A DNA stretch of 64,000 nt from Candidatus Methanoperedenaceae archaeon (GTDB taxonomy: Archaea; Halobacteriota; Methanosarcinia; Methanosarcinales; Methanoperedenaceae), in the NCBI GenBank assembly GCA_963753595.1, contig CAVWCX010000036.1, positions 128,001 through 192,000 of the forward strand, read 5' to 3'. Each line of letters begins with the position of its first letter. Position 1 is the stretch's first letter. Below the pieces are notes generated by a model, which was not told the origin of the DNA, searched no databases, and saw nothing but the letters and a program-made list of their open reading frames with translations. Made by a program: the position numbers and the translations under genes. Below are positions 9,663-19,560 of the stretch, one piece after another.

Positions 9663-10289
9663 TCACCTGTTGCATGCGGATTGCATCCTGCAAGAGCAAT
9701 TAAAATAAGAATAGACTATAAAAATAAATCAGCTTTTTCGCGTCAGGACATGAACAGGGAGACAATTCTTCATGGCGCCTGCGGCGATAACCCGGAGCAT
9801 AAAATAGTGTGGTGAGGGCAACAGCCTGAAAGCCTGCAACTGCAGGCGTCCCGCACGGAGCAAAGCGACAGATCACCAGATGGCTGCCATCCGAAAACCC
9901 GGCGAGTATAATCCATAAAACCCAGCATGCCCATAGTCCCAGAAATTCCCGCCGGAATCTTCAGCTTAATTCAGCGCGCCTGCAGTATGTAGGAAATTAA
10001 CGAAGGCATAATGAGGCATTGATGAATGAAGTCATAGACCGTGGTAGGCTTAATATCAATATCCTCCAGCTGCCAAGATATAATTCACTCCCTGCCCGGT
10101 CATATCAAGAGTTCCACGCGCGCCCATGTGTAGTGAACTGGTTCACTCTGAGAATGATAAGATTTCCGGATCGGGTGATATTTGATCTAGCACAAATGCC
10201 GGGATAGGAAACCCCAAAATTATACGTACAGGTTTTTTTTTCGATGCTTATATATATATTGGAAATATAATAACATGATGGTGATTTAG

Positions 10290-10568
10290 ATGATGAAGGT
10301 TCAAAGAAACAAAGCAATAAATATATTAATAGATAGTCTCGACCAATTTCATGAAGACAATTCCGTTAAGAAAATACAACAAAATTTAAAGACTATGCGG
10401 CCAGGTCAAGAATTAACCGAAGCTGAGGTTAACGCTATTTTCATAGGGCCATCAGGAGGCGATTGGGCAGAAAAAACACCGAGTTCGGATGATCCCAAAC
10501 ATGGTATCAAAGGAATATGTGCAATGATAAAGGAAAAAATGTTTAAGAAGGTCAGTTTAACAAAATAG
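10290..10568 (+). CDS. hypothetical protein
   Basis: 92-aa ORF after a TTATATAT box and a GGTGA RBS. Confidence 0.55.
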   Translation: MMKVQRNKAINILIDSLDQFHEDNSVKKIQQNLKTMRPGQELTEAEVNAIFIGPSGGDWAEKTPSSDDPKHGIKGICAMIKEKMFKKVSLTK

Positions 10569-10765
10569 ATTTGACATTGAGTCCAATGGTTTATTTGAGA
10601 ATGTCATTTCCTATATAATAAGCCTTTAAAAAGATACAATACTACAATTTTACCACAAAAAAGTAGTATCAAACCTATCTTAGATTTTTGAACAAATTGA
10701 AACCCGGTAGGAAAACACCAGAATCGCTCTTGTATCCCATAACACAGTTGCAAAATGAAAGATTA

Positions 10766-11332
10766 TTAAAGCAGACCTACTCCATCAAGTTCGATAACTA
10801 TTTTCTCGACTGCTGCTTCTGTCTCCTCTGGTTTCTTGCCGCCTGTTATCACAATTTTACCAGAACCGAACAATAGCAGTACCACTTTGGGACTGGACAT
10901 CCTGTAAACAAGACCTGGGAATTGCTCAGGTTCATATTCAATATTCTCAAGCCCAAGACCGATAGCAACTGCATTGAGGTTGAGCACTCTTCCAAGATTT
11001 GCGGATGCAACGATATTCTGTATCTTAATTTCAGGCTTATCCACGATCTGGGTACCCATTTCCCTTAATTTCTCAAACACTTTTGTAAGACCTACGTCTA
11101 CATCGGCAATACTTTTCGCTCCTGTACAAACGATCTTGCCACTGCTGAAAATAAGCGCTGCGATTTTCGGGGATGTTGTCCTGTAAACAACACCAGGAAA
11201 TCTTTCTTTATTATACTCTGCTCCTTCAAAAACGGTGATGACTTGATTCAGGTCAAGTTTTGCTCCAATAGCCGTAGATGCAACAACATTTTCTATTTTT
11301 ATAGTCTTCTTTGGATCCATAGTATTTACCAT
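10766..11332 (-). CDS. tbp: TATA-box binding protein, paralogue 1
   Basis: [53 protein letters not shown]; start placed at 11332 by alignment with paralogue 2. Confidence 0.97.
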   Translation of the reverse strand: MVNTMDPKKTIKIENVVASTAIGAKLDLNQVITVFEGAEYNKERFPGVVYRTTSPKIAALIFSSGKIVCTGAKSIADVDVGLTKVFEKLREMGTQIVDKPEIKIQNIVASANLGRVLNLNAVAIGLGLENIEYEPEQFPGLVYRMSSPKVVLLLFGSGKIVITGGKKPEETEAAVEKIVIELDGVGLL

Positions 11333-11679
11333 ATATTCACCTTGATAGAGGGTATTTAAAGCTTTATAGGTTGGGATTTGCACATCCGGCGGCATAAAGT
11401 CAGCAAATGAATGGGCAGATGAGAACATTATAAGCTTCTAAAAGTTCATCACAGGCATGCAGTTTTTAAAAATTAGCATAATAATAACGGTTATAGTGAG
11501 CATAAATATTTTAAGGCACCTATATATATTCTTAAATTATTAATACTATTTTATATAGGATAAATCAATAGGCAATCCCTAACATCAGCAAGGATGGCGA
11601 GGCTCCTCTCGCCACTTGCTGCAAAATAGTTTGGTGAAGTGAATATGAAAAATCTTGAAATTAAACAGCTTGGGAAACA

Positions 11680-12378
11680 ATGAGTGATTATACACTTGGC
11701 ATTAAAGAATTGGATAATGCCATAGGCGGAATAAGAAAAGGCACAAATATCATGCTTATCGGTCCGCCAATGAGCCAAAAAGAAGTTATCCTGCACTACA
11801 TAATGTATCATGGAACAGCGATAAATGATAATGCAGTAATAGCAGTAACTACTCGTGAACCTGCGACAGACATTCTGGACTGGTTTAAAGAGAACAAAAT
11901 AGTACTTCCACTGTCAAGGATCGGGATTATTGACTGCATCACAAAATCGATTGGAGGAGCTGCATTTGAGACCGAAAACATCAAATTTGCCAGCAGTCCC
12001 CAGGATTTGACCGGAATAGGAGTACGGATAAGCCAGTTTTTGGAGGATTTCCTCATGAAAAAGAAAATCCCAAAAATCCAGCTTCACATCAATTCACTTT
12101 CTGCCATATTGATGTATTCAAATATCCAGACCGTTTTCAGGTTCATGCATGTTTTTACAGGGCGCATCAAGGCAGCCGAAGCTCTGGGAATATTTGTAGT
12201 GGATAGCGGCATGCATGACGATCCTACGATAGCGACCTTAAAACAACTTTTTGATGGTATCATTGAGATCAAAGAGGAAATTGACAAGAATTACATAAGA
12301 ACTGTCGGTCTGTCATCAAAACCTACTCCCTGGCTTGAATATGAGATCGAAGGAGGAAAACTGAGGATTAACCAATGA
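11680..12378 (+). CDS. KaiC/RAD55-like RecA-superfamily protein with a degenerate Walker A
   Basis: LGIKELDNAIGGI..G, Walker A reads GPPMSQKE, SSPQDLTGIG, LKQLFDGIIE. Confidence 0.85.
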   Translation: MSDYTLGIKELDNAIGGIRKGTNIMLIGPPMSQKEVILHYIMYHGTAINDNAVIAVTTREPATDILDWFKENKIVLPLSRIGIIDCITKSIGGAAFETENIKFASSPQDLTGIGVRISQFLEDFLMKKKIPKIQLHINSLSAILMYSNIQTVFRFMHVFTGRIKAAEALGIFVVDSGMHDDPTIATLKQLFDGIIEIKEEIDKNYIRTVGLSSKPTPWLEYEIEGGKLRINQ

Positions 12379-12661
12379 ACGCTGAAGATGAATCAAGTTT
12401 GCGATGAATTCTTCCGACAGGAAAATGCTGATCCTCTCACCTGGATGGCTTACATAAGAAAACACGGCGGGTATAAGTTCACAAAACCCGGACAGCCTTT
12501 AGTTAAAGAAATTCCCACCCTCAACAAACGGCGCGGTACCCCCTGCAAGACGAAACACCCATGCCGCATTAACACCCATCGGTTCGGGGCGCGCCTGCAG
12601 TCCATTGCATGAGGGTGAGGATGATAAGAACAAAGGGAAACAAGGGAAGAAATCAAGATTA

Positions 12662-13228
12662 TTAAAGCAGACCTAATCCATCAAGTTCTATAACAACCTT
12701 CTCCACTGCCACTTCTGCATCCTCTGGCTTCTTGCCGCCTGTTATCACAATTTTGCCAGAGCTAAACAATAGTAATACCACTTTGGGGACGGCCATCCTG
12801 TAGACAAGACCGGGGAATTGCTCAGGTTCATATTCTATATTCTCAAGCCCAAGACCGATAGCAACTGCATTGAGGTTGAGTACTCTTCCAAGATTAGCGG
12901 ATGCAACGATATTCTGTACCTTAATTTCAGGATTTTCCGGGATCATGGCACCCATTTCTCTTAATTTATTAAATACCTTTGAAAGACCAGTGTTTACATC
13001 GGCAATACTTTTTGCTCCTGTACAAACGATCTTGCCGCTGCCGAAAATAAGCGATGCTGTTTTAGGGGATTTTGCCCTGTAAACAACACCAGGGAATTTT
13101 TCTTTGTTATATTCTGCTCCTTCAAAAACAGTGATGACTTGATTCAGGTCAAGTTTTGCTCCAGTAGCCGTAGATGCAACAATATTTTCTATTTTTATAG
13201 AATTTTTAGGTTCCGTAGTATTTACCAT
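12662..13228 (-). CDS. tbp: TATA-box binding protein, paralogue 2
   Basis: Same TBP repeats; highly similar to 10766-11332, including the upstream promoter. Confidence 0.97.
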   Translation of the reverse strand: MVNTTEPKNSIKIENIVASTATGAKLDLNQVITVFEGAEYNKEKFPGVVYRAKSPKTASLIFGSGKIVCTGAKSIADVNTGLSKVFNKLREMGAMIPENPEIKVQNIVASANLGRVLNLNAVAIGLGLENIEYEPEQFPGLVYRMAVPKVVLLLFSSGKIVITGGKKPEDAEVAVEKVVIELDGLGLL

Positions 13229-13334
13229 ATTCTCCCCTTATTATAGGGTATTTAAAGCTTATATGTTGGGATGCATCTTCCGGATTGCCACACAATTCTC
13301 TCAAAGTATCTGGAACCATGAAAACAAGCCCGCT

Positions 13335-13415
13335 GCTCCCGCCGTCAGCAGACGGCGCGCCGCCCCTGCGAGGCGCAACACACGTAGACCAGGGGTCTGG
13401 GTGAAACCCAGCGCT
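13335..13415. ncRNA. candidate structured RNA/ssDNA element, copy 2
   Basis: CGCCGTC-AGCA-GACGGCG, GCGC...GCGC-AACAC, CTGGGT-GAA-ACCCAG; matches 9031-9112. Confidence 0.5.
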
Positions 13416-13862
13416 GGTATGAAGAAGATTGTATGAGTAGCGGGAATATGAACAAAAGGCGGCCCAGGTAGTCTGTGATTCAGGGTTACAATAGGAGTTA
13501 GATGAATCCTCCCGAATCGGACCGCCATTCATAAGAAGGCTACAAAGTATATTAATATTACTATTGCGTTATCTAAGAAATACTAATAAACCACATGGGG
13601 ATAGACGGCTCCACAAAAAGCACTGGTGCAAAACAGCCAACACCACAGCGCATACTACAGCCGGGAAAATTCAAATAAACCCGTGTAGAACCGTCACCTT
13701 AGTACAAGTGCACATACTATATTAATATTACTATAGTACTACATTGGTATTATATAATTTCCCGGGCGATGGGTGCGTCGCTCCGCGAGAGATGAGCTCA
13801 GCATGCCATATTCGATTGATGATGCATGCTCCTATGGGTGGGCTATAACTATTATCGACCAC

Positions 13863-14210
13863 GAACTCGATGGACTCAGGCGCGCCCTAGGGAAAGACTG
13901 AGATTATACTGCAAGGGTTTCCCCAGCCCTTGTGATATGCATGTGCTCCGCGCGCCCTGAGAAGGACTGATCTCAGATATGCAATGGTGATTTTTTCCCC
14001 GCCCCTGTGATATGCATGCCCTCAGGGGCTGTGAACTATCTTCGATCAAGAACTTGATGGACTCCTGCGCGCGCTGGGAGAGACAGAGATTATACTGCAA
14101 TGGTGATATTGCTGCCAGCTCCTATGGTATACATGGATACAGCGCGCCCAAGGAAAGACCGATATCAGGGCTGCTATGGTGAATCGACCCCGCCCCCGTG
14201 ATATACATGA
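13863..14210. repeat. degenerate ~70-bp tandem repeat, 4 units
   Basis: Units start GCGCGC(C) at about 13880, 13950, 14068 and 14142 and share GAC.GA, TGC(A/T)A/TGG and CCCC.(T)GTGATAT.CATG. Confidence 0.7.
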
Positions 14211-14453
14211 GTCCTTCGCCCCATCACGATGCTTATGTGTACGCGAATGGTTATGAACTGAAAATCATTCGCCAGGTTACGAATATCTTCAGGCGGGGGG
14301 GTTTAGGCGAGGTTGGGGCGACTTCTTTTTGATTATGGTGTTAGGTGGAATTGCAACATTTTTTGATGAACATTAAATTTTGGAAGCTTTATTTATTGAT
14401 TCCCTTATAAAGAGGCCAGTTTGATGCCACTAAGGTCGTCAGAATCAACTCTC

Positions 14454-15200
14454 GTGATATCAGGGGGCATTATGCCGACTTCTCGATACCATGTGATATC
14501 ACCATTTATCCTCGATATCACGCGATATCATACCTACCCCCTGATATCGTGTGATATCACCCTTTACACCCTGATATCACTCGATACCATGTATGTCCTC
14601 CGATATCAGGAACGTCCCCTCCCCATGTAGTGATATTTATCCTGCACTCAGCTCATCTCAGTACCCATCTCTGCTTAGTTGGAGATCCATAGAGGAAACT
14701 ACCTGTAAATTCCACCTTTGTCATATGGTTATTTGTTCGTGTAAATCCGAACAAATATGGCGGATGGGCATATAATGAAATTTGGATTTGTGATATCAGG
14801 GTAAAAGTAGTGATATCACAGTAAGGGGTGAAATTTGGCAAATATAGGGGGATAGATAGTGGTTTAAGGATTGGTGTTGTGAGGTATAGTAGCTATTTCT
14901 GTTGTTTATACAAACAAGAATTAAACGGTATCAAGAGAGAGTATTTTTGCATAAACACGTTGTTTGTGATATCACGGAGTTGGTGTGATATCAGCAAAAT
15001 TTCGTGATATCAGGGTAAATTGTGTGATATCACAGTACATATCTATTTATACTATACCAACCAATATAAAAACGTTTGAGGGGATGTTAATAGAGCATCT
15101 GAATGACCAGAGGCTATAGATAGCGTTTTTGTTTAATTCACATATCAAAAATATATATCATCTCGTGCTTGCGATATCACACCTTTTCCTGTGATATCGC
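14454..15200. repeat. phased GTGATATCAC palindrome array (candidate origin iterons or centromere)
   Basis: 16 exact GATATC in 14456-15198 plus one at 14161, with 10, 19-20 and 29-30 bp spacings, in an ORF-free region. Confidence 0.85.
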
Positions 15201-15530
15201 AATTAAAAAATAGCCATATAGCCCTTTTGGATTTTTCTCCAATGGAAATAAAGGTAAACAATAATCCACAAGAATCCTTAAATTATCAATCTTCATGGAA
15301 GGACTATTCTTCAACTTTCACCAGGAACCCATAGAAGTTCTTAGGAGTATAACCTCTATTGGACTGAAGTGAATCTGCCAGAATAAGCTCTCAATCGGGT
15401 TTTCAGCGATCCTTGTGAGATATGGCCACTATTCTTCCATGTAACTCGGACATGTTGCCCCACTCAAATCGCTCATGTCCTTGTTGGCACATTTGCCTGA
15501 CGAACTCATTAAGAATATCTTCCTGACCCA

Positions 15531-15806
15531 TTATGGAATCGCTCTGCTCAGTCTGATCTCCTCATGATGGCGCTCTACCATCATCCTGGTACACTCTTCA
15601 CCGTTAGGCTCATGGTCTGGTTTGGAACCGCAGAATGGACAACAATAATTTGTCACATCCACAAACCCATAATCCTTACTAATAGCATCTCGCATTTCAT
15701 CTATTGTTGAAAATGAGAAACCAAATCTGTCAGAGCCATCTATATCAAGATGGAGCTTCCCATCATCTTCTTTTCTGTAGTTAAGCATCGTTTGCATAGC
15801 GCTCAT
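15531..15806 (-). CDS. hypothetical protein with a CPFCG motif
   Basis: ATGA overlap with the upstream gene. Confidence 0.6.
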   Translation of the reverse strand: MSAMQTMLNYRKEDDGKLHLDIDGSDRFGFSFSTIDEMRDAISKDYGFVDVTNYCCPFCGSKPDHEPNGEECTRMMVERHHEEIRLSRAIP

Positions 15807-17254
15807 TCCTCCATGAGTCCTGAGCCAGTGCTGGTAGCTGTCATTTGCACCTGGATCATAGGCTCAGCCGCTCTCTTTGAGCGGACTGGCCATTTATGCT
15901 TTGGTTTCATGGCAATGCCTTCCTTAGCGTCCTTGAGAATCAGATAGCCTGTAAGCACCCTCTTCTGACGCTCTATTTCGCGCTTTGCACTATAGAAGTT
16001 GCGCTCACTTTTTGTGACGACAGTACTGGACTGCACTAAGATTGTATTCTTAGCGCGCAACTCTTCCACTGAATCTCCGGTTACTTTGGACATCATCTTG
16101 AGTTCTTTTTCGAACTGCTCTTCATTTCTGACGTTTATGAGTGTGGGATATTCCTCAGTCCGTATGATAGCGATATCGCGCCTTATCCTGGTTGTCACCT
16201 CACGTTCTTCGAGTGTGAAGGTGAACTTGTGGGTATCTGGATTCCAGTGCCATTTTCTGTTAAGCTCTTTGTGGGTATCATTCGTGTAATATGTTTCGAA
16301 TCCAGAGATCACGCGGCGAGTCCTGGTGACTGACACCCAGTTGGGTTTTGGCATTTCAAAGCACTGTTTCTTGATATCGCTGTGATCATTGATATCCATG
16401 AACACGGTATCATCGTTTCCGTTGGATTCTGCAAGATCCATTCGCCAATCATCGGGGAATGCACATTCATCATATCCGGAACTATCTTCTGTGCGGTCAT
16501 GACTGAACGCCACTTCTGGCACCAATCTTGGATTTGAATCCTGGTAAACCCTGACAGGTTCACCCGCTTTGTTGGTATCATAACGAAGGAACTTGCCATC
16601 ATTTCGATTGAATGTAGGCAGCGTTGATATCCTCCAGATCTTCGCAGGTCGGTTTCGTTTCTCGAACTCATCAAGTTTCTTGCGCAATGAATTCCAATAC
16701 GGGGTTTGCTTTTTATTGGCGGGAGTAACTATTAATCCACGATGCTTGTTATGCCTGGAGCACAACGAGCACATTTTCTGGACAGGGAGCTTACACGCTT
16801 TTTTTGAAGGATCTATATCCCTGCACATTATGCATGAGTGAGGCACTTCAGGACTCACAGTTTGTCTGATTGATGCAACCTCCATTTCGTGCAGTTTCTT
16901 AGCCCGTTCGTCCCATTTTGCTTTACTGAATGGGGTCTGCCAATAAGCGCGGTGAGGGGATGCTTTACCGAGATCGGGTTTATACCTCATGCCATAATTG
17001 TTTCCTTCACAAAACCCAGCGCCTGGGCACGGTTCTTTTTGTTCATATACAGGAAGAAGACACGCATCGCCGTCATGGGACTCTGAAAAAGGCAGCCGGG
17101 TATGTACGTCATGTTTTATCTGATGCTCACCAGTGACGGGTTCAGGATAGTAGTTCCAGCTCATCACGAACCTGTATGTTTCAGCAGTCATCTGCACTTG
17201 GGCATTCTCATCGGATTTGATGTCATTTGTTGTTTGTTTTTTTATATTTGACAT
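15803..17254 (-). CDS. large hypothetical protein
   Basis: Long ORF; start placed at 17254 (MSNIKKQ) after an AGGAG RBS and the type A cassette; Cys cluster CIMC...CSLC. Confidence 0.75.
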   Translation of the reverse strand: MSNIKKQTTNDIKSDENAQVQMTAETYRFVMSWNYYPEPVTGEHQIKHDVHTRLPFSESHDGDACLLPVYEQKEPCPGAGFCEGNNYGMRYKPDLGKASPHRAYWQTPFSKAKWDERAKKLHEMEVASIRQTVSPEVPHSCIMCRDIDPSKKACKLPVQKMCSLCSRHNKHRGLIVTPANKKQTPYWNSLRKKLDEFEKRNRPAKIWRISTLPTFNRNDGKFLRYDTNKAGEPVRVYQDSNPRLVPEVAFSHDRTEDSSGYDECAFPDDWRMDLAESNGNDDTVFMDINDHSDIKKQCFEMPKPNWVSVTRTRRVISGFETYYTNDTHKELNRKWHWNPDTHKFTFTLEEREVTTRIRRDIAIIRTEEYPTLINVRNEEQFEKELKMMSKVTGDSVEELRAKNTILVQSSTVVTKSERNFYSAKREIERQKRVLTGYLILKDAKEGIAMKPKHKWPVRSKRAAEPMIQVQMTATSTGSGLMEE

Positions 17255-17268
17255 AGTGTTCAACTCCT

Positions 17269-17314
17269 GAACTATCGAACTCGATAATTCACCCGTGATA
17301 ATTTTATTTAAAAT
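17269..17314 (-). promoter_or_regulatory. promoter plus 5' hairpin cassette, type A copy 3
   Basis: TTTAAATAAAATT...GAATTATCGA-GT-TCGATAGTTC-AGGAG. Confidence 0.7.
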
Positions 17315-17841
17315 CAGCACTGATGTTGCCAGCCCTGCGGCGCCTGAGCGTGTTCAGAGGGTTGTTCTCAAAAACAGTTTTATTTTGTGTGGGTAGTTAT
17401 CCTGATATAAAATATATTTATAATAAAAAATTATTAGCTTGAAATCTTTCGAAAGATTTATTCCCTATAGAAATAATAGAATTACATAACAGCTTATAAA
17501 AGTAAAAGAATTCACTTCTTTAGGCAAAAACATCATCTACAGGCCCCGTACTATTTGTCCGGGGTATACCGGTGACTGCGTGCTGCGTCCGTTTTCATGC
17601 ATCCATTTTTTGCTTACTACGGGTACGCATACGTAAAATCAAATACCAATACATTTATAACTCTAAAAAAACATTTCTTGATAAAAGGAGATGACAGTAA
17701 AAAATAAACTGAATTGTAAAGTAAAATCAATTAAGATTTTACCCTACATACAAAAGCACTAGCACTCTTTTGTATGCTTTAGAGGTAATAATCTTTTCGG
17801 ATGGGCTTAGCGAATCTAAAATATACAAAGGTGAATAATTT

Positions 17842-18291
17842 ATGGTAATTGCTGAAGGGGCCGCCCTTATCACAGGCATCAAAGGAACTATTGATATCGT
17901 CAAAGGATTAAAGTCGTCTTACGATACCAACACAATCATGCAAGCTCAAACGCAGATTCTTGAACATTTGCTTGCTCTCCAAATCGATGCATTCACACTC
18001 CAAGAGAAACATTCTGCGCTCATTCACGAGAATGAGGAATATAAGAAGAAGTTGATAGAATTTGAACAATGGGGGAAGACTGCATCCGAGTACGAACTTA
18101 AGGAAATTAACCCTGGTGTTTTTGCATATTCTCTCAAGGAATCCCAACAAACCACCGAACTTTCTCATTGGCTTTGCCCAAATTGCTGGGAAGATCACAA
18201 GAAATCTATACTCCAAAAAATTAATCGAACGCATAATGTGAGTATCTATAATACTACTCACAAATGTCCCCGATGTAATCTTAGTCTTTAA
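17842..18291 (+). CDS. coiled-coil protein with a C-terminal Zn ribbon
   Basis: HWLCPNCWE...HKCPRC; GGTGA RBS. Confidence 0.75.
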   Translation: MVIAEGAALITGIKGTIDIVKGLKSSYDTNTIMQAQTQILEHLLALQIDAFTLQEKHSALIHENEEYKKKLIEFEQWGKTASEYELKEINPGVFAYSLKESQQTTELSHWLCPNCWEDHKKSILQKINRTHNVSIYNTTHKCPRCNLSL

Positions 18292-18471
18292 ATTTAGTAT
18301 GGTTATTTTTAATTTTTTACCGTGCCCGTATTTTTCATTATATTTCATGCATCCTCCCGTGATGCCTCAGAGTTTAGCGAAGCGGAGTCCGAGGTCGGTG
18401 ATGACACAATAAAAATAGCGGAGCCAGCCTCACTGCCCCATGAGAGTCCTTGCTTGACCCCGTCGGTCGGC

Positions 18472-18651
18472 TTACTTTTTCTTATAGATATTCAGTCCGA
18501 TCTTGACATCTTCTTTTCCAGGCACAGACTTATTGCCTTCAGACGATGCAATGACAATAGACTTCCCTGATGTCGAAGGACCGAACTCTTTTGAGAGATC
18601 CACCTTGATGGTCAGGATATTGCCATCAATTGACATTTCTACATTCTTCAT
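18472..18651 (-). CDS. 59-aa beta-rich protein at the end of the RPA operon (absent from the ORF track)
   Basis: MKNVEMSIDGNILTIKVDLSKEFGPSTSGKSIVIASSEGNKSVPGKEDVKIGLNIYKKK; starts 4 nt after the upstream stop. Confidence 0.8.
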   Translation of the reverse strand: MKNVEMSIDGNILTIKVDLSKEFGPSTSGKSIVIASSEGNKSVPGKEDVKIGLNIYKKK

Positions 18652-18655
18652 GATC

Positions 18656-19558
18656 TCACGCTCCCGACGCTGTCACGAGACCAACTTTAGGCTCGTATAT
18701 TCTGCCTTCATCCATCAGTCCTTTAAGAGCTGCTTCAAGTTGCATCAAAGTCATCCCTGCACCTTTGCATGGATTACCCAGCGTCTCAAGCTTGACTCCT
18801 TTGCCTTTATTCAGCGCGATTATCTTCTGTTCGACGAAGTTCTTCATGTCCTCAAGCGACATTGGGTCGTCAGATGGCGCCTTTGCAGCAGGCTTAGTTT
18901 CAGGGGGAGGAGATGGCGGAGCTGCTGCAGGAGGAGACACTGGAGGAACCGTAGATGAGGATGCGGGAGAACCCACACCCACATCACTCTTCATAGACAA
19001 CAAGACAGTCTTAACTATCTGCTTATAATCCTCTTTGTTAGGATACGCCGTATCGACCTCTAACCCCAGGGCGGTATTGGTCTTGAGCGCTGCAAGTCTG
19101 TCAAGTGTAGCCTTCGCGGTCTCAACCAGCCAGGTATTTCGTATATTCTCATCTGCAAGCACAACCTTCTCGGCGCGAATACTTGTAAGAACCGTACCTT
19201 CTTTTGGTGTGTACAGGGACGCTTTGCCAACGACTGTGACGAATGCCGGGAGTTTCCCGATCAATTCCTGCATGAAACTTGCAGCTTCAGGCTGGTATTG
19301 GCCTGCAGTTACGAAGAACACTCCCGTAGGATCCGAAACCCGCATGCGATAGAAACTGCCGTCAGTGCCAATATCCTCTATTTCTGTCGCTGTACCCACG
19401 ATCATTACTCTCGATGCCTTGAGGCCGGTCTGTGTAAGATATAACTGGCTCTCATATTGGTCGCCACCTTTCTTTTGGACCTCGATGGCCGTAGCTTTCA
19501 ATTCGGCTGCGAAAAGCCTTCCCGCTTTCATTCTTTCAAAAGCCATATTTCCTGCCAT
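18656..19558 (-). CDS. RPA-associated OB-fold protein (RPA32/Rpap-like, C-terminal winged helix)
   Basis: RLFAAEL, RVMIVG, RVSDPTGVF.V.AGQYQPEA, Pro/Ala linker, LMDEGRIYEP. Confidence 0.85.
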   Translation of the reverse strand: MAGNMAFERMKAGRLFAAELKATAIEVQKKGGDQYESQLYLTQTGLKASRVMIVGTATEIEDIGTDGSFYRMRVSDPTGVFFVTAGQYQPEAASFMQELIGKLPAFVTVVGKASLYTPKEGTVLTSIRAEKVVLADENIRNTWLVETAKATLDRLAALKTNTALGLEVDTAYPNKEDYKQIVKTVLLSMKSDVGVGSPASSSTVPPVSPPAAAPPSPPPETKPAAKAPSDDPMSLEDMKNFVEQKIIALNKGKGVKLETLGNPCKGAGMTLMQLEAALKGLMDEGRIYEPKVGLVTASGA

Positions 19559-19560
19559 GA

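Noticed and set aside
11333-11428. N-terminal extension of TBP1 in the ORF track
   Set aside because: It spans the TATA box duplicated upstream of TBP2; the paralogue supports a start at 11332
13863-15200. Possible CRISPR array
   Set aside because: Repeats are degenerate or only 6-10 bp, there are no constant 25-40 bp repeats with unique spacers, and no cas genes are present
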